DNA of 62,291 nt from Chiloscyllium plagiosum (Eukaryota): assembly GCF_004010195.1 (NCBI RefSeq), contig NC_057728.1, positions 42,204,892-42,267,182 on the forward strand. Reading direction: 5' to 3'. Within the stretch, counting starts at the first letter, position 1. The number at the start of each line of letters is the position of its first letter. The notes beneath the pieces are model-generated. The model worked only from the letters and a program-made list of their open reading frames with translations. It ran no database searches and was not told where the DNA came from. Position numbers and translations under genes: made by a program. Shown here in pieces: positions 13,130 through 26,199 of this stretch.

Positions 13130-15680
13130 GTAACAGGGAAATTATTGGAAAAATTCTGAGACAAAATTAATCTCTACTTGGAAGGGCCAGGATTAGGGAT
13201 AGTTGGCACGCTTTTTCAAGGGGCGATCATATCTTACAGGTTTGATTAGGTTTTTCAAGGAAGTGATTAGATAGGTGTATGTGGGTAGTACAATGGATGT
13301 GGTCCAAATGGACTTTGGTAAGGCTTTTGCTGAAGTCATGCATGGGAGACTGGCCAAGAGGAGAACAGCCCAAAAATCCAGGTCAAATTTGGATCTGAAA
13401 TTGGTTTAGTATGAAGAGGCAGTAGGTGATTGTTGAAAGTTGTATTTATGACTGGAAGCCAGTGTACCATGGCTTAACATAGGGTTTGATATTGGATCAC
13501 TTGCTGTTTGTACTGTACATTAAGCATCTACATGTAATGGAAGAGGTTTGATTAGTAACTTCACAGGTGACACTTAAATTAGCGATATGGTAACCAGTGA
13601 GAGGGGAAGCCTTAGACTAAAGAAGAATATAAATGGGCAGGTCAGATGGGAAGAACAATGGCAAATCTTGAAAAGTTTGAGGTGATACATTTGTGAAAGA
13701 CTAATAAGGCAAAGGAATACATAATGAATATCAGACCTGAGGAAGTAAAGAGAGTCAGAGGGACCATAATGTGCATGTCCGTAGATCCTTGAAAGCAACA
13801 GAATAGGTGGATAAGGTGGGTAAGAAGGTATGAGTTACTTGTCTTTATAGTAAGTTAGCTCGCTGAGCTTCAAGGTTTGATTTCAGACGTTTTGTCACCG
13901 TACTAGATAACAGGTAAAGCGCTCAGGTGAAGCGCTGGTGATATATTCCACCTCTCAATTTATGGGTCTTGGTTTCTTAAGGTGGGTTTGTCATTTCCAG
14001 TTCTTTTATTCAATGGAAGTTAGATCCTATCTACGTCAATGTGTTTATTGATGGAGTTCCGATTAGATTGCCATGCCTCTAAGAATTCTCATGCATGTCT
14101 TTGTTTCTTGTCCTTGGATGTGTGTGTTGTCCCAGTCAAAGTGGTGTCCTTCTTTGTCTGTATGTATGGAAATTAGTGAGAGTGGGTCATGTCTTTTGAT
14201 GGCTAGTTGGTGTTTGTGTATCCTGGTGCCAAATTTCCTGCTAGTTTGTCCGATATAGTGTTTTTTAACAGTTCTTGCATTGTATTTTGTAAATAACTTT
14301 AGTTTTGCTGGTGGTATCTAATGGATCCTTTAGGTTCATTAGTTGCTGTTTAAGTGTGTTGGTAGGTTTGTGGACTACCATGATGCCAAGAGGTCTGAGT
14401 AGTCTGTCATTTCTGATATGTCTTTGATGTAAGGTAATGTGGTTATAGTTTTTGGTTGCATTGTGTCCGCTTGTTTAGCCTTGTTTCTGAGGAATCAGCA
14501 GTTTGTGTATATTGGGTACCTGTTTTTCTTGAAAATGTTGTATAGATATTTTTCTTCTGCGTTTTGTAGTTCTTGGGTGCTACCAACACACTTAAACAGC
14601 GATTAATGAACCTAAAGGATCCTAGCAGGGAATTTGCCACCAGGATACATGAACACCAACTGGCTACCAAAAGACACGACCCACTCTCACTAGTTTCCAT
14701 ACATACGGACAAAGAAGGACACCACTTTGACTGTGACAACACACATCCCAGGACAGGCAAAGTACACATGAGAATTCTTAAAGGCGTGACATTCTAACTG
14801 GAACTCCATCAATAAACACATTGACTTAGATCTTATCTAACTTCCCTTGGAGAAAAAAAAACAGAAATGACATCACCCACCTTAAACCAAGACCTATAAA
14901 TAGAGAGGCGGGACATACCACCAGCCCTTCACCAGAAACTCTCACTGATGTTACCTAGTATGGTGATGAAATGTCTGAAAACAAACCTTCAAGCTCAGCG
15001 AGCTAACTTACAGACTTATCATGAAACTGAGCTACAAATCTTCTTAAAAATCGCTAACTTGTCTTTATTGGTTGAAACATTGAATACAATATGAGAGCAG
15101 GAAGATTATAATGGAGCTGTATAATATGTTAGTTGGCCATAGCTGGAGTACTGTTTGTAGTTCTGGTTATCGCACTATAGGAGGAGTATTATTGCACAAG
15201 AGATGGTGCAAAGGTGATTTACCAGGACTAGAGTGCCTGGGCTGTATTGTTTCAGCTAAGAGAGAATAATTAGGCTGAGATTGTTTTCCTTAGAGTAAAG
15301 AAGGTTGGGGGGGTGGGGGGAGGGGATCTGACTGAGGTGTACAAAATCATGAAGGGTGTGGATAGGCCAGTTAGGAAGAAACTTTCCACTTAGTGGAGGA
15401 ATAACTAATCAATGGGTATAGACTCAAAGTAAGAGACGAGATTGGCAAGGATTTAAAAAAGATTGTTTTTTTCACCCCGACGGTGGTAGATATCTAAAGC
15501 TTCCTGCCTGAAAGGATAGTAGAGGTAGGAACCATCAAAGTATTTTACCAATATTTTAGATGATCACTTGTAGTGTCAAGGTAAGCAAGGCTAAGGATAA
15601 GTGCTGGAAAATGGGACAAGAGTAGATAGGTGCTTGATGACCAGCACAAAAAGGGTGAAGGACCTCTTTCCATGTTGTAA
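13130..15680 (+). mobile_element. Decayed CR1 ORF2 interrupted by a Penelope insertion
   Basis: MDFGKAF at ~13310 and QLEYCL.FW at ~15140; split at a 12-bp duplication. Confidence 0.8.
13849..15056. mobile_element. Penelope element with GIY-YIG domain in inverted configuration (family B)
   Basis: Minus strand reads VIYKIQCKNC..YIGQTSRKFGTRIHKH; + strand ORF 14573 has RIHEHQLATKRHDPLS; TSD ACTTGTCTTTAT at 13837-13848 and 15057-15068. Confidence 0.9.
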
Positions 15681-18429
15681 AAGCAAGTGGCAGAGCATGA
15701 ACCTTGATTGGAGGGGGATGCTGCAACAGAGTTGGAATGTGTGTGTGTGTGAAGTATTGGGGTGAAAATGGAGGCACTTACACCAGTAGAGTGTAGAAGG
15801 TCACCAACCATCTATCTTCACTGTTGGGCATTGCTGTGTGATATTTTCTGCTGGTCCTGGAGGATGATGAGATCCCCACTCTGCACTCTCCAAATTGCCA
15901 GGACATTCAGGTACCTATGTGTAAAGCAGGATGCCAATCTCCTGTCCTGTCACATCTGAGGGCAAATGTCCCAACCCATGTTGGGCAGTTCCAGGCTGGC
16001 AGTGCATCTCCAGATGGACTATGACTGTTTAAAGATGGCAGGTGCCAGGATCGAAAGTCTACTCAAGCATATCCAGGCAATGACAAGTTTTTCTGGGTAT
16101 GGCAAGATGGTAGAATTAGGTTTGGATTTAGTCAAGTGTGGTACCAATGGGTTGTGGAATGTAGTTAATGAGGGTAGGAGAATGGGTCTGGGTGGACTTG
16201 TTGAGCTGAAGGCCCTGTTTCCACACTGTAGGGAATCTAATCTAATCAAATCTAAGTGATTTTGGGATGTTATGCTAAGAACCTTTACCAGGGTGCACAG
16301 AGGAAAACCCTCAGTGAAACTCTACATAATTGACACAGCCAAAATATGTTAAGATTCAGACTATAAACCCTTCTTTCCACAGTTACTACCTAACCTTCTG
16401 AGTATGATGAGGTTTTTTTTCAGTTTCTGTTTCAGGTTTCCAGCATCCACGCTATTTTGCTTACAGATTTCTAATGGGTGGGTGAGGTCAGATTAACCTT
16501 CTTTGTTAGTTATTAATTCCAGAAGACAATAAGTTCACTATCAGTGAGTTTGTGAAATTGAGGGAAAGTTATTGACTTGGTTAGGTGAGTGACAGGAGGC
16601 CGAATAGGGATAATGGATAAGTACTACAATTGTCAGTAACTAATAGTATCCCACAAGAAGGTGTGTTGGGTTTTTAACTATTTACTGTAATTACAAACTA
16701 GTTAAATGATTAGAAAGAAAGTCACATAACCAAATTTTCAAATGACATACAAATCAGTACCATTATAAGAGCATTAAAGTATGATGTTATAAAAAAATTA
16801 AAAGGTTAAGCAAATGGGCAGAACTTTAGCAAAAGGGTTTTGATACAGTCAGAGTCATAGAGATATACAGCATGGATACAGGACTTAGAGACTTCTCCTG
16901 AATTATGAAAAACCCAAAGCAGTGAAGGTTTAAAGAGACTTTTGGGTTCAGGTACGCAATGGTAGAAATAAAAATATAAGTTTACATATACGTGTGAAAT
17001 ATGCGGTAACATGAAACAGGCAAAGGAAGTGTCAGAGCTGTAATTTCATTTTACAGAAAAACAGCTAATCACATCACTCAATTCATTTTATCAAATGGTC
17101 TTGCAGCTAATGCACCAGCCAATCTAATAGGAAGTACTATTTAAAACATAAACACAAAAATAATTAAATAGTTCCATCATTAAATCATTAAAAGGCAAGA
17201 AATGATACTTGGAAACAAAAGAAGCAGATAAAATGAGGAAAAATAGGCCCTAATGATATAAAGATAAGATGAACAGATATCATTTTATCAATTGAGCAAC
17301 GTTCAGGCAAATGGCCAACTATTTAGTTTTGAAGAATGGTCACTGTAGCCAAAACAATTCTCTGCTTTCTCTATACAGATGCACTCACATCTGCTGAGTT
17401 TTTCCTCAGCAATTTCGGATTTCCAGCACCCGCAGTTATTCATTTATTCTCCATTATTTGTCCTGCTGCCTGTATGTAAGATGTATACACTTTCAGAGAT
17501 TGAGTTGTTTGTGTTCAGTTTTACTTTGTAATGGGACAATTTCTAAATAATTGCCCAGCATCAAAAGAAAAACTTAAGTACACCTTGCAACAAATGTGCA
17601 GATTCTTCAAAAAAAAATCCACATCTGGTACATGGCATGCTTTTAATGAGGTACAGCTGTACACCTCAAAAAAGTAAAATCTGTGACCCATGGTTGTTCA
17701 CTTAAACTTTAAATTTCATTTATCCATACCACCAGAAGTAAATAGTTTATTATTAATACAATTTTATTGCCTTTTATATTTCACCTTTTTTTTTCTTCCC
17801 CAGGCAATGCACTTCCTACAGTTTAATGGGTAGGTCGTTTTGTCTACACACATCGTTTCTACCCCAGCCTTAATTTGCTGCCTGGAAGCAAGTGACAGCA
17901 GCCTTGCAAATATTTCTCAATTCATTTTCCGTCCTTCTCCATTAGGTACTGGCTACCTGCTGTTTGACAATTCCCTGCAACAATGGTCAAAGCTAAAAAT
18001 TCAGTGAATGGAAGATGGAGTCTTGTGCCACCATTTATTGACAATGTGTAGTTCAGTTCTGCCACCACGTGTAGTCAAGAATCTTACTGTTAATTATAAC
18101 AAACTCTCTCTGAGAATCAATGCCACCTTAATCACAGTTTACGAATGCATCAGCAAAGTAAAAAGGGACACAATCATCTGAGACTGTTAGGAATAAATTG
18201 AAAATAGGATTAGAACTGTTGAGACTTGATCTTTTAACTTGCTATAGTTTGGGTAGGTACATGATCCAACACCAGAATGAAAGAAAATATTAAACCGTAT
18301 ACGTTAACACCACTCAAGAAGTTATTCATCAGCCTCTGTATTTGATTTATGTTTTCTCTTTAACTTCTTCAAACACTATTATCCGAACAGTTCTTAAGCT
18401 TATTAGTTTTCTTCCAGCACACAGACTCA

Positions 18430-18770
18430 CATGGTGGCTCAGTGGTTAGCACTGCTGCCTGACAGCGCCAAGGACTTGGGTTTGAGCCCAGCCTCAGGTC
18501 ACTGTCTGTGTGCAGTTTGCACACACTCCCCATGTCTGCGTGGGTTTCCTCCCACTGTCCAAGGATGTGCAAGTTAGGTGAATTGGCCATACTAAATTGC
18601 CAATAATGTTCAAGGATGTGTAGGTTCTGTGCACTGGTCAGGGGTAAACATAGGATAATAGGGTAGGGAAATGGGTCTGGGAGTAACCTTGGGAGGGTTA
18701 CTCTTCAGAGGTCGGTGTGGACTTGTTGGGCTGAAGGGTCTGTCTCCACATTGTAGGGGATTCTGTGATT
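18430..18770 (+). mobile_element. HE1-like V-SINE, near full length
   Basis: tRNA head GGTGGCTCAGTGGTTAGCACTGCTGCC, V-domain-like TCTGTGTGCAGTTTGCAC...GTCTGCGTGGGTTTCCTCC, CR1-like tail. Confidence 0.85.
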
Positions 18771-20589
18771 CAAATGGAGAAGAAATATATTGCAACTGGG
18801 AAAATATTAAAGTTTTCAGAATGAAGCATTGGATCCAGCATTCTTGCATAGTTGAAGAGATTGTTCAATGTCAGTAATATTTTAAAACTGCCACAGTCAA
18901 CAATCTGGACTCTATTATTACAGATTCAATTCTCAATATTGTCCGAATAACATTTATTAAATGAGGGTTCAATCCATGAACTCTATTGGCTTTTATGGGA
19001 GTAATTTAAATCTTCTTTATAGTAAGATGGACATACATTAAATGAGATGAAACACATAATACATGTCACTAACTACAAAAAAAAACTGTATTTGAGATTT
19101 ATGTTTACCTTACATTTAGAATGCTGTGATGTTTCTCTGGGTTCTAATTAGTATCACATCTGTGTTTCTGGAGTTTGGAGGGGAAATTGCAATATAAAGA
19201 CATTGGGATTAATTTTCAATTTTGCTTCCTGGGTGATAACCTCTAACTGCAGATTTTCTGTGATTCTTATTCTATTGTAATGGATGAAATTAAAATCCAG
19301 CAGAGTCTACTTGGAGCTGAACAAACATTTCCCACATAGAGTACATTTAGTGTCATTCCTCATAGCGACTAACCAAAGGTGAATTCTCACACCAAAAAAA
19401 GTACCAACTGAATACCCGAGGGTAAAAAAATTAGTGTCATGTAGCTTTCAGAAGTTGCTTCAAAAGTGATTGAAGAAGCCTTGGAAGAAAACAGTCTGCT
19501 TTCTTGTCAGGGACATGTACTACCACAATGTCTTAAGTAAACAACTTAAAAATGTAAACAAAACTACACTCTCAGGAACTAAGGTTTGTAAGCAGCTTGA
19601 TGTTTGAATATATTTTAATATATAACCTTATTGGACTTGCTTTTCTTTTTTTTTTGAAAAACAGTGAAAATGCCATTCCAATCAGCAATTTTAACGTGAA
19701 TAGCTATATCAGAAGTGGATTTTTTTTATAAGTATTAAAAAAAGTATATTCTAAGCCTGTCATATATTAGACATATGTGGCGACTATAGGAATGATGTAA
19801 AAACAGGACATTTGAACAAGTGATCCAATAACATGAGGCTTCATTATGATGTTTGCTTAAACAGTACTGCCTGTGAACTTTTTGCTATTGCTAGCATGAC
19901 CTGGCTTTCTGTTAATTAAAGAATGTGAAGACAAATAATCACAATCAGGATGTGGATAGTAATCTTGCAGTACACTGAAAAGGCATGCCATTTAATTAAA
20001 CTCCCCCACACAAGTGCTCTCTTCATTCAGTGAAATCATCAGGCCTACTCTGTTTGTTATCATAGCATCGGACATGAAAAGGCTATTCTTACCAAATTGC
20101 TTAGCCTTACCCTTAGAAGTGAAGAAAGTAAATATTGTGGGTTAGCATACCCAAAGTTAAAACACAATCGTATGCCTGTCAGAGTCTGAGTTGTGAACTC
20201 TTCATTGCACAGGCCAAACCATCTGAAAAAGATTGAGGTGAGGATAGCCAGCATTTGAAACATTTTGGCAACATTACAGAGAATTTGAGAAGGCTAGTGG
20301 TTTCCATCACTCTTCCCAGTCAGGTTTAGGGAAAAGAAACAAAACTGTGACAGAAAGATATGGTTGCTGAATGTTGATTCAACTATATGCAATCCTTTTA
20401 GACCTAATGGAGCCAATATTTACCCTAGTACATATAAATATAATTTAAGTATTATAACCTGCATTCTTTTTTAAAATGTCTGGATTTTGACTACTTGAGA
20501 ACTGCAATAATTATTAAATGAATCTTATTCCAGTACTGTGTTAACAAATACAAAACATTCAACGCAGCTTCTCTGATGAATGGACCACC

Positions 20590-20880
20590 AATGCTCAAGA
20601 AGGTTCCAGGTTTAATCAGTTTGTCAGTCTGAGTCAGGTTGGCAATAACAGCATCAAAAATGGCTTCACTGACCCTGGACTAAGTGAAAGATAAAAATCG
20701 ATTGTAATTTCTGCTCTTGATCGCTGAAAGTGATCTCTGCTTAAAAAAGAACTTCATAGGTAAGGAGCACAGAATGACCATATTCTTTCTCCCCATCCTG
20801 TGATCTAAAATAAAGTAAGAACTAGCCTGAAAATATGACAGCCTGAACAAGGTTACTGTCTGCCGCCTAGTATGAATACA
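20590..20880 (+). mobile_element. Ancient Deu-domain SINE-like remnant
   Basis: ATGGCTTCACTGACCCTGGACTAAG...TTCTGCTCTTGATCGCT...AGTGATCTCTGCT resembles the recalled AmnSINE1/SacSINE1 Deu domain; by eye only. Confidence 0.5.
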
Positions 20881-22269
20881 CACGATCAGAAGAGACCGAA
20901 TATTGGAAATGAAAATCTAATAAGTTTAATTAGCTGCAATTGTTCTTCAGTTTCGGTGCTAGTGTTGCTAATTCTTCTAGCAGAAGTCAGTGTTAGTAAA
21001 ATATAAAAATAGGTCTTCATTGCTACTGAAGATAATTAGGCATTATTATTCTAATTCTGTATTATTTCAAATACTTCATAATAGAAATGGACATCCCGTT
21101 GCTATTTAACTGTGGAAGGTATACTAGTGCTTTCAGCCCAACCAATATCTCAAAATATGAATGTACTTAACAAATCTTCCTTGTTATGATAATTGATTAC
21201 AAGATAACTTTATACAATGTTGAACTATTTCCTTTTAAACATGAGGGAGGTTGAAGCGCTCGAATGTTTGAAAGTGCTGGATCTACTTCAAACAGTGTCA
21301 GATTAAAGAACTTTGTTGAAATATCTTAGCTGTAAGGAAGGATACAGGGGCCATTTTAGGACTATATGTTTAAGATGACAAACAAAATTTTAAATACCAG
21401 ATTCTCAATTCACTCAGTCCAAACAAACATTATTGTGATAGGTAATGACTATGTTTTAAAAAATCTTATCATCAAAGCACTAAAAAAAAATTATATTAAT
21501 GATATTTGCTGTTGGTGTTTGTTCCTAATTGGGCTTCACTTTTCTGCATGCATATTTTTATTATTTAGCTAATCAAACGATTCTGAAAGAACTAATCTTA
21601 ATTAAGATTAAGAATTAATGTTAGCAGTGTTTTACTTTTGGAATAGGCATAGCTTCAAAGAAAAACAACAGACATTTGTATAACATATCCAGATATAATT
21701 GAATTAAGTATTTCTATATAAGATAGACTTGCCTTTAGGTAAAAAAAATGAGATTCTGAATTTCAAATTCCACCACCCTATAGTAAGCCAGTTAACAGAT
21801 CAAATTAAGTTTACATAAAGCCGCTCTCCAATTTGTAATAGTTATGTTAAATCAGGATTAGGGATCATGGTGACCTTCAGACAGAATAATAAAACAAAAG
21901 ATGGGCCAGAGGTCACCAGATATCAGATCTCTCGGTGGGAGAGCATTTTGGTGACAGTGATCACAATTGTCTCAGACATTATGGAAAGGTATTTAATTGG
22001 GGGAGGGGAAATTATACTGCTCTAAGACAGAAGCTGTGGAGTGTAAATTGGGAACAATTGTTCTATGGGAAAGGAACACCAGAAATGTGGAGGCTGTTTA
22101 AGGAGCACTTGTTGCTAGTGTTGGATAACTTTGTCCCTCTAAGATAGATAAAGAATGGTAAGGTGAAGGAACCTTGGATGATGAGCAGAGGAGCTTCTTG
22201 TCAAAAGGAAGAAGGAGGCTTACTTAAGGTTGAAAAAGCAAGGGTCTGGCACAGCTTCAGAGGATTACA

Positions 22270-22365
22270 GCTGAAAATGTGTTGCTGGAAAAGCGCAGCA
22301 GGTCAAGCAGCATCCAGGGAACAGGAGAGTCGACGTTTTGGGCATAAGCCCTTCTTCAGGAATTC
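22270..22365 (-). mobile_element. Short PLE derivative (family A) in CR1
   Basis: Minus strand TTCCTGAAGAAGGGCTTATGCCCAAAACGTCGACTC. Confidence 0.75.
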
Positions 22366-23741
22366 CTCACATATTCTTCAGGAATATGTGAGGAATAAGA
22401 GAATAATCAGAGAGAGAGGGTAGGGCTGATCAGAGATAGTCGAGAGAACTTGCACCTGGAGTCTGAAGAGATAGGGGAGGCCCTAAATGAGTTTTTTTTC
22501 TTCAACATTCACGAGAGTGAGGGACCTTATTGATAGTGAGAACATAGTGGACCAGGTTAATAGGCTTGAATAGATTGATATTAAGAAAGTGGATTGCTGG
22601 AAATTCTGGCAAGCATCAAGTTAGGTAAGGCCCCAGGGCTGGACCAGATATATCCAAGGTTACTATAGGAAGTGAGGAATGAGATGGTTGTGAATCTGGC
22701 CAATGATACTTGTATCACTACTCTCTATGGGAGTAGTACCACCTGATTGGATGGAGTCAAATGTTGTTCCTCTATTCAAGAAAGAGAATTGGGTCATCCC
22801 TGGGAATTACAGACCAGTCAGTCTTACATCTGTGGTAAGCAAGGTATTGGAAAGGATTCTGAGAGATAGGATTTATTATTATTTGGAAAAACAGTTTGAT
22901 TAAAGATAGTCAGTGTGGCTTTGTGAGGGGCAGGTCATGCCTCACAAACCTTTTGAGTTCTTTGAGGACGTGACAAGACAAGTTGACTAAGGTTGAGCAG
23001 TGGATGTCATGTATATCGCTTTTAGTAAGGCATTTGATAAGGTTCTCCACAGTGGGCTCATTCAGAAAGTTAGGAGGTGTGGCATACAGGAAATTTGGCT
23101 GTCTGGATACAGAATTGGCTGGTCAAAAGAAGAAGCGAGTAGTAGTGGATAGAAAGCCTGGAGATCAGTGGCCAATGGTGTCTCACTAGGATCTGTTCAT
23201 GGGCCTCTGCTCTTTGTAGTTTTTATAAATTACTTGTATGAAAAAGTGAAAGGATGGTTTAGTAAGTTTGCCTATGACACAAAGATCAGTGGTATTGTAG
23301 GTAGTGTTGAGGGCTGTTCCAGGCAACAACATGACATTGACAGGATGCAGAGCTGGGCTGAGAAGTGCCAGATGGAGTTCAACCTGGATAAGTGTAAAGT
23401 GATTCATTTTGGAAGGTCGAATTTGAATGATTAATACAGGGTTAAAGACAGGATTCTTGGCAGTGTGGAGGAATAGCGGAATTTTGGGGTCCATGTACAT
23501 AGATCCCTCAAAGTTGCCACCCAAGTTGATAGGGTTGTTAAGAAGACATATAGTGTTTTGGCTTTCATTAACAGGGGAAGTGATTTTATGAGCCATGAGG
23601 TTTTGCTACAGCTCTATAAAACCCTGGTTAGAGCACACTTGAAATATTGTGTCCAGTTCTGGTTGCCTCATTATAGGAAGGATGTAGATGCTTTGGAGAG
23701 GGTGCAGAGGAGATTTACCAGGATGCTGCCTGGATTGGAGG

Positions 23742-23858
23742 CATGACTTGGAGATTCCAGTGTTGGACTGGGGTGTACAAAGTTAAAAATCAACAGTCCA
23801 ACAAGTTTAATTGGAAGCTCACTAGCTTTCGGAGCGACGCTCCTTCATCAGGTGATAT
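23742..23858 (-). mobile_element. Short PLE-like derivative (family C) in CR1
   Basis: TSD ATTGGAGG at 23734-23741 and 23859-23866; homologous to 53613-53812. Confidence 0.85.
23819..23855 (-). ncRNA. Minimal hammerhead ribozyme motif, family C (intact core)
   Basis: Minus strand TCAC-CTGATGA-A-GGAGC-GTC-GCTCC-GAAAG-CTA-GTGA: 4-bp stem I, 5-bp stem II, CUA triplet. Confidence 0.78.
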
Positions 23859-26199
23859 ATTGGAGGGATTGTCTTATGAAGAGAACATGAGTGAGCTAGG
23901 GTTTTTCACACTGGAGAGAAGAAGGAAAAAGAGGTGTACAAAGTAATGAGAGGCATAGATAGAGTAGATAGCCAGAGACTTTTCCCAAGGGCAGAATTGG
24001 TTGTCATAAGGGGTCATAACTTTAAGATGATTGGAGGAAGGTATAAGGGAGACATCAGGGGTAGGTTCTTTATGCCCAGTGGTGGGTGCTTGGAATGCAC
24101 TGTTAACAATGGTAGTAGAGTTAGAGACATTAGGGACATTTAAGCAACTGCTGGTCAAGCACATGGACGGCAGTAAATTGAGGGATGTGTAGGTTAGATT
24201 GATCTTAGATTAAGAAAAATGCTCAGCACAACATCATGGGCCAAAGGGCCTGTACTGTTCCATGTTCAAGAATGATCCTGTTGCTGCCTGGCTACAACCA
24301 GATGGCTTAACATGCAATAGGGATTGTACCTCGGGATCGCTCTCTGGCACCACAGTAAGAATATGTTGGCTACTTCCAAAATATCTCAAATTATATGTGA
24401 CTCCCACCAGTTTTCTCTCATCTGCTGTGATTCTCAGTACTTATTAACCAGACACCCCACAAAGAAAACTCAGCATGTGTACAATGTTAGCAAGGCAAGA
24501 TTACCTGAGGATGATGATGGTTGTGAACCATTTAGAGTCAAACATGTAGATTTTACTTCACTCAAAACCCATTTGCTTACATGAGAGTTAAAACAGGGCT
24601 CACAGTGAGGGGATGATTGTTCTGTTTGTGCCAGACTGTATAATAGTGAAACGTTGGAGCTCGATTTGCGGCAGGGTAGACAGATGTATTTGCTTTATAT
24701 CGAGTTGGAAAGCTATAGAAACAGAACATTTTGAAGTTTTATAGTGTCCTTCATAACCTTAAGATGTCTTAAATGACATTGTAGCCGATACATTACATAA
24801 TTGTATTCCTTAATTACTATTCTTAATCTGAATTGTTTGATGCTGAGATTGGTTCTGAAATGTGAAGAGCATTCCAGTTTTTATCTGGATCAGATATATT
24901 CGATGCTCCAATGCTCTTCGGAGACTTGGTACAGACCTAAAGGGCTGAATGGCCTCTATCTGCATTGTTGGGATTTTAATTATGCTATTCCTTCCAATTG
25001 TTTATTTAAATAAATCATGAGTCAGAATAATTTGTTCTTTACTCCAGTTTAAGATTCCAGATCAGGTAGAGGTGGCTGGCTAGTCCAATTCAGATTGAAA
25101 AGCTGTAGTTGGAAGATTTAATTTTCAAAAGCAAGTACTCTCCCTCATCATCCACAAACATTTTGCTGGAAGCCAGCTCCTTTGCAAAGGAATTTTCAAA
25201 TCACATGAATGTTCACTAATTGGCCCCTAAAAAGCCATTTAAAATGAAATGTGAGAAATTAGGAACAGGTGGCAACTCTAACTAATCCAATGAAACATTT
25301 CCCCAGAACATTAAACCCTGAAGCTGTTGAGTTGAAACATATGGATTGAGATACTTTCTTAATCTGTGGTGTAATTAGGGCAGTGAACCCACTTGAAAGC
25401 ACGTAATGTCACTCCAGCAGCAGGTGTCAATGTATCTTGTATGTTTTTGGTTTATGAGTCTCTCTGTTTAAATTTTTTTCCCTCTTCATGAGTAGGATGA
25501 AAGTAGACTAGGAGATCTTTGAAGAAGCATGCTATGATGTAAACAGCTAATGTATTTCATGTTGCTTTTAAAATTAGTGTAGTCATTCTTGTATGTTTGA
25601 TGTATTTCCAATGTGTCCCAACAAAATTGTTAGAATCAGTAGTTTATGGAATCTATACATTTGTGAGAAAATGTATAACTAGAATAAAGTTAGGATATTA
25701 CATACTGTTGGGGATCCCCCTCTCCCAGAGAATAAATTTATGGTAAACCTGCTTTCACCTAGCAAACTGCCATGTGGCTGCTTAATGCTTGTAGGAGAGT
25801 AAAGTGGAAGACATCCATCACTGTCTGAGGAAGAAGTTCCACTTCATAACTCTAACAGTAGCACCAGCAGCACTGACTGTTGCTGGTACTGCTTCCAGTT
25901 CCCAAAGATGACAGCTGCTGCAACTGGAAGGAGAGGAACAGGGATGGGAAGGTTCATGGTAATGTCAGGCTAGGAGGTGCTGTTGAGTGGGGCTGGTAGT
26001 TACCCAGGCCCAGGAACAGGGGTGCACAGAGCTTGAGGTGAACCTCTGGGAGGAATCCCAGCCCCTCACATTCCCACCATTAGTCTATTGAGGAAGATCT
26101 AATACACCAAATAAGGCTTCATCCTCTGTGGGAAAATTTGTGGTGGAGTGATAAGTGATCACTAATTGACCACTTTGGAGCTTCAATTGGCCCAGTTTC

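Larger units (their letters stand above)
21925..24265 (+). mobile_element. CR1 LINE ORF2, 5' truncated, with two nested PLE derivatives
   Basis: GDSDHN, PGNYRPVSLTSVV, SKFAYDTKI, YCVQFWLPHYRKD ORF fragments; CR1-type 3' end near 24260. Confidence 0.93.

Noticed and set aside
18430..18510. tRNA-like sequences (also 3757, 42255, 55867)
   Set aside because: They are SINE heads or fragments; I could not fold a complete cloverleaf.
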